A stretch of 64,000 nucleotides of DNA from the NCBI GenBank assembly GCA_028534125.1, contig CM052816.1, forward strand, positions 26,228,001 to 26,292,000. Direction: 5' to 3'. The notes under the pieces are model-generated. The model did not search any database, was not told the DNA's origin, and was given only the letters and a program-made list of their open reading frames with translations. Positions 61,113 through 64,000 of the stretch are shown here, piece after piece (position 1 is the first letter of the stretch; every line of letters starts with the position of its first letter). This DNA comes from Lama glama. Its lineage: Eukaryota. A program made the position numbers and the translations under genes.

Positions 61113-63834
61113 GATACCCAGAAGCCCTTAGGGGTGCCAAGAGAAGACCCACAGAATTTTCCCATTTAAAAGAAACTATAAACATGTTTCATCATAAGTG
61201 AAGGCATTAAAACTCACCTTTATAAGGTGTTTTAAGGGAAAACATTTTGATCAAATAAAACTGGAAGTACAGGAATTGAAAAAGTTAAACTTTTAAAAAT
61301 GTATTTGTTTTCTCAAGTGAATAATTATTAATTCATATTTCCTGAATGTCAGCTGTTGCCCCCAAAATCCATTTTTAAAGTTAAAACTTTAATAAGTCTA
61401 TAATATTTTTGACCATAGTTTCTTCCAAATTAAGGGATAAAATGAAGTTTTAAGAAGGTAAAATATGAAAAGAATATTATTGATTTATAGTTGATGTGTT
61501 CGAATCCAAAAGTATGATTAATGTTAATAGCAATTTGAAAAATTTTCATCAGCAGAACTAAATTTATTCTCAACATATTTTGTATAATTGTATGTTTTGT
61601 ATAATTTGTATAATTAAATATTTGTATAATTTTGTATACATACAAAAAACGGAAAAAGAAAATGTTCTCTCTTACCTTCTTAATCCTTGTTTTCAAGTGT
61701 CCAATTGGAGACAGCTCAAAACAAGGCAAATAAAAGAAACCAGTGCAACAATGGTAACAACAAAATAACATCAGTAAACAATGACTGGTAACAAACCTTA
61801 GATGTTATTAACAACACTAGTTCAGATGTTTGGAAAGAAAATGAAAAAGCATAGAAATACAAATGAGTTAAGCATCACAGAAGAAAGACTCTTAAAGTCC
61901 ATACCATACCTTTTGTTAAATGTGTGAGTGGGAGTGTCATTATCATGGTAAGACCAGGATCATTGACTCTCTAAAGACAATGCTATTGAATGTTACCAGA
62001 GGCATTGTCATAGTAGTAGTCACCCAGGTTAGAAAGATCCCTACCGGAGATACTGCACTATTAGGACTGCATTTAGCTGCAAGTAACCAAATCCCCTACT
62101 TAGAAGCTTAAACATGTCAGAGTTGTGTGTCATGTGACATGATATCTAAGGGAAAATAGCCCAGGTGTGGGTCGCTGGCCTAAGGGTGCAGTCAGAGCAC
62201 TAGGCTTCTAACTTCCAACTCAGTCATCCTCAACTTGGGGCTTCTGTCCTCATAGATGCAAGATGGCTGCTCCACTCACAGGCATTGACTCTTTGTTCCA
62301 GGCAGGAAGAAAGAGAAAGGATGAGAAAGAGAAAAAAAAAAAAAGTGTCATCTAGGATGAGTTTTCCTTTCTGTTTGAGAAGGAGCATCCACCCTGGGGC
62401 TTCTGCAGATAGTTACTGGGCAGGACTGTGACTCCTGGCCACCCCTGGTTGCAGTGGCTATGGGAAGGTGATTTTGTCAGTCTTGGAGCCTGCCCAGTAG
62501 AGGAAGACAAGGGAAAAGGGAGTCATGACTGGCTTTTGATGAACTAATCCATGATGTGCACTGCAATGGCACTGTTAGGGCAACTACTGGAAGAACTTTT
62601 ACTGGAGATAATCCTGCTCCCTGAAGACTTCTCCCCGTGGCACCCCTGCCTGGGAACTTTTTGTTAAAGCACATTTGTTGAAGATACCTTGGTAAATGAC
62701 AGGTTTTCTGGGGGAGATCTCTGCTAGAGATCTTGTAAGGATACTTTTGCTTAGATTCTTTTGCCATTGTCCTACCAGAAACTGTTAGGGCAGTTGAATT
62801 AAACACACATACATTTACCTAGAGCTCCCAGGGACAAACATTAATTCTCAGAGACACCGCAGCCTGAACTCCTTCAGTGAACAAGGTGATTCTCCATACA
62901 TTGGAGTCGGTACTTCACATAATTATGGAGAGCAATCTTTTTTCTTTTCTTTCCTTTCCTTCCTTTCATATTGTTACACTAAAGGCCTGCCAGGCATAAG
63001 AAAGGGACCCACAGCTAAGCCAACTCCCCATTAATGACCTCTCCTTCAAATACACAAAAACCCAGTCAAAGCTTCGAGATTACTGTTAATAAGTATTTGA
63101 TTAAATCTTTAGCCAAGGGTCCTCCAACTCCTTGATTCCTGTCTGGGGGAGGTGCGTTTTTATTCCCCAAATTACATCATATTCCCCCAGTAATATATAT
63201 AATTGCCTATCCTGCTGAGTGAGGCTGCATTACACATGAGCTGAGAGTAGTCTCTGGCTGATCTCATTCAAATCTGGTAGTGATATTTGCTAACTTTTTG
63301 ACTGCCCCACATCTTCCTTTTTGAGAGGATGGCATAATGTGCGAGCCTTAGTAGAGTTCACGACTCTGCCTTCAGCAAAAGGGAACTGGAATTCTGGGAT
63401 AACATTCAAAATGCTAACAACCCATATAACACAGGCACCACCAAGCAGAATCAACCGTGACTGTACATTGCACCGGTGTTGACTGGCAGGAGTCCAGCGT
63501 AGGGCAGGGTCTCTCCCTTCTCCCACCTAAGGCAGCTGGAACGTGAGTATATGACTTTGGTCAGACAGCTAGGTCCTCTAGCCCAGAACTTTCTGTTTTG
63601 AGCTAGTGATAAAAAGGCAGAGGGCTAGTTCAAATTAATCTGAGTAGTAGTGTCCAATGGGAACAGTGTCCTGTGATCCTGTGATCCTGTGGCTGTGGTG
63701 GGTTTTTTTTTCCTGTAAATAACCTGTTTATTTTTTCTAAAAAGCCACAATAGAAAATGATTAGTATGTAACTATGTAACAATATTTATATCCATTACAA
63801 TCTTCAAATTCATATTTTAAAAAGTTTAAGTGTT

Positions 63835-63972
63835 GGTGGGGGAGGGAATCGCTCAAGTGGTAGAGTGCATGCTTAGCATGCCTGAGGTCCTGGGTTCAAT
63901 CCCTCCTCTAAAAATAAAGAAAGAAACCTAATTACCTCCTCCCTCCCCCTTAAAAAAAAAGAAAAAAAAACC
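63835..63972 (+). mobile_element. tRNA-derived SINE (camelid Vic-1-like)
   Basis: A box 'tcgctcaagtggtaga', B box 'gggttcaatccc', A tail; degenerate TSD agtttaagtgtt (63823-63834) / agtttgagcgtt (63973-63984). Confidence 0.9.
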
Positions 63973-64000
63973 AGTTTGAGCGTTAACTACTGGAGGCCCT

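Noticed and set aside
1..64000. CRISPR arrays, operons or other prokaryotic/phage systems
   Set aside because: The sequence is clearly mammalian (L1, L2, MIR, MaLR, SINEs); no repeat-spacer structure or dense coding seen.

Overview
Mammalian, gene-poor, repeat-rich genomic DNA. It is most likely camelid: two tRNA-derived SINEs resemble the camelid Vic-1 family and two young L1 3' ends resemble a camelid lineage. No intact known protein-coding gene is recognisable, and almost all listed ORFs are spurious. The main identifiable feature is a ~4.45 kb processed pseudogene of UPF1 (RENT1) on the minus strand (~13501-17958), nested in an old L1. It carries the 5'UTR, intronless coding sequence, 3'UTR, polyA signal and tail. 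It was copied from the long-regulatory-loop splice isoform (UPF1LL) and has lost the whole C-terminal SQ region. Its 5' end still looks like a CpG island, with an NRF1 palindrome, a GC box and a + strand GTAAGT donor at the insertion junction. Two speculative structures are reported: (1) a phase-compatible three-exon + strand ORF joining that donor to a 32-nt exon at 53.1 kb and a terminal exon at 61.0 kb that contains a codon-biased 63-bp duplication; (2) a compact cluster of decayed minus-strand exons in the first 1.4 kb with faint DH/RhoGEF-like motifs. The rest is L1, L2, MIR, MaLR/ERV LTRs, DNA transposon relics, microsatellites and one artefactual assembly gap. Repeat family names and comparisons to human UPF1 are from recalled sequences, not database searches.
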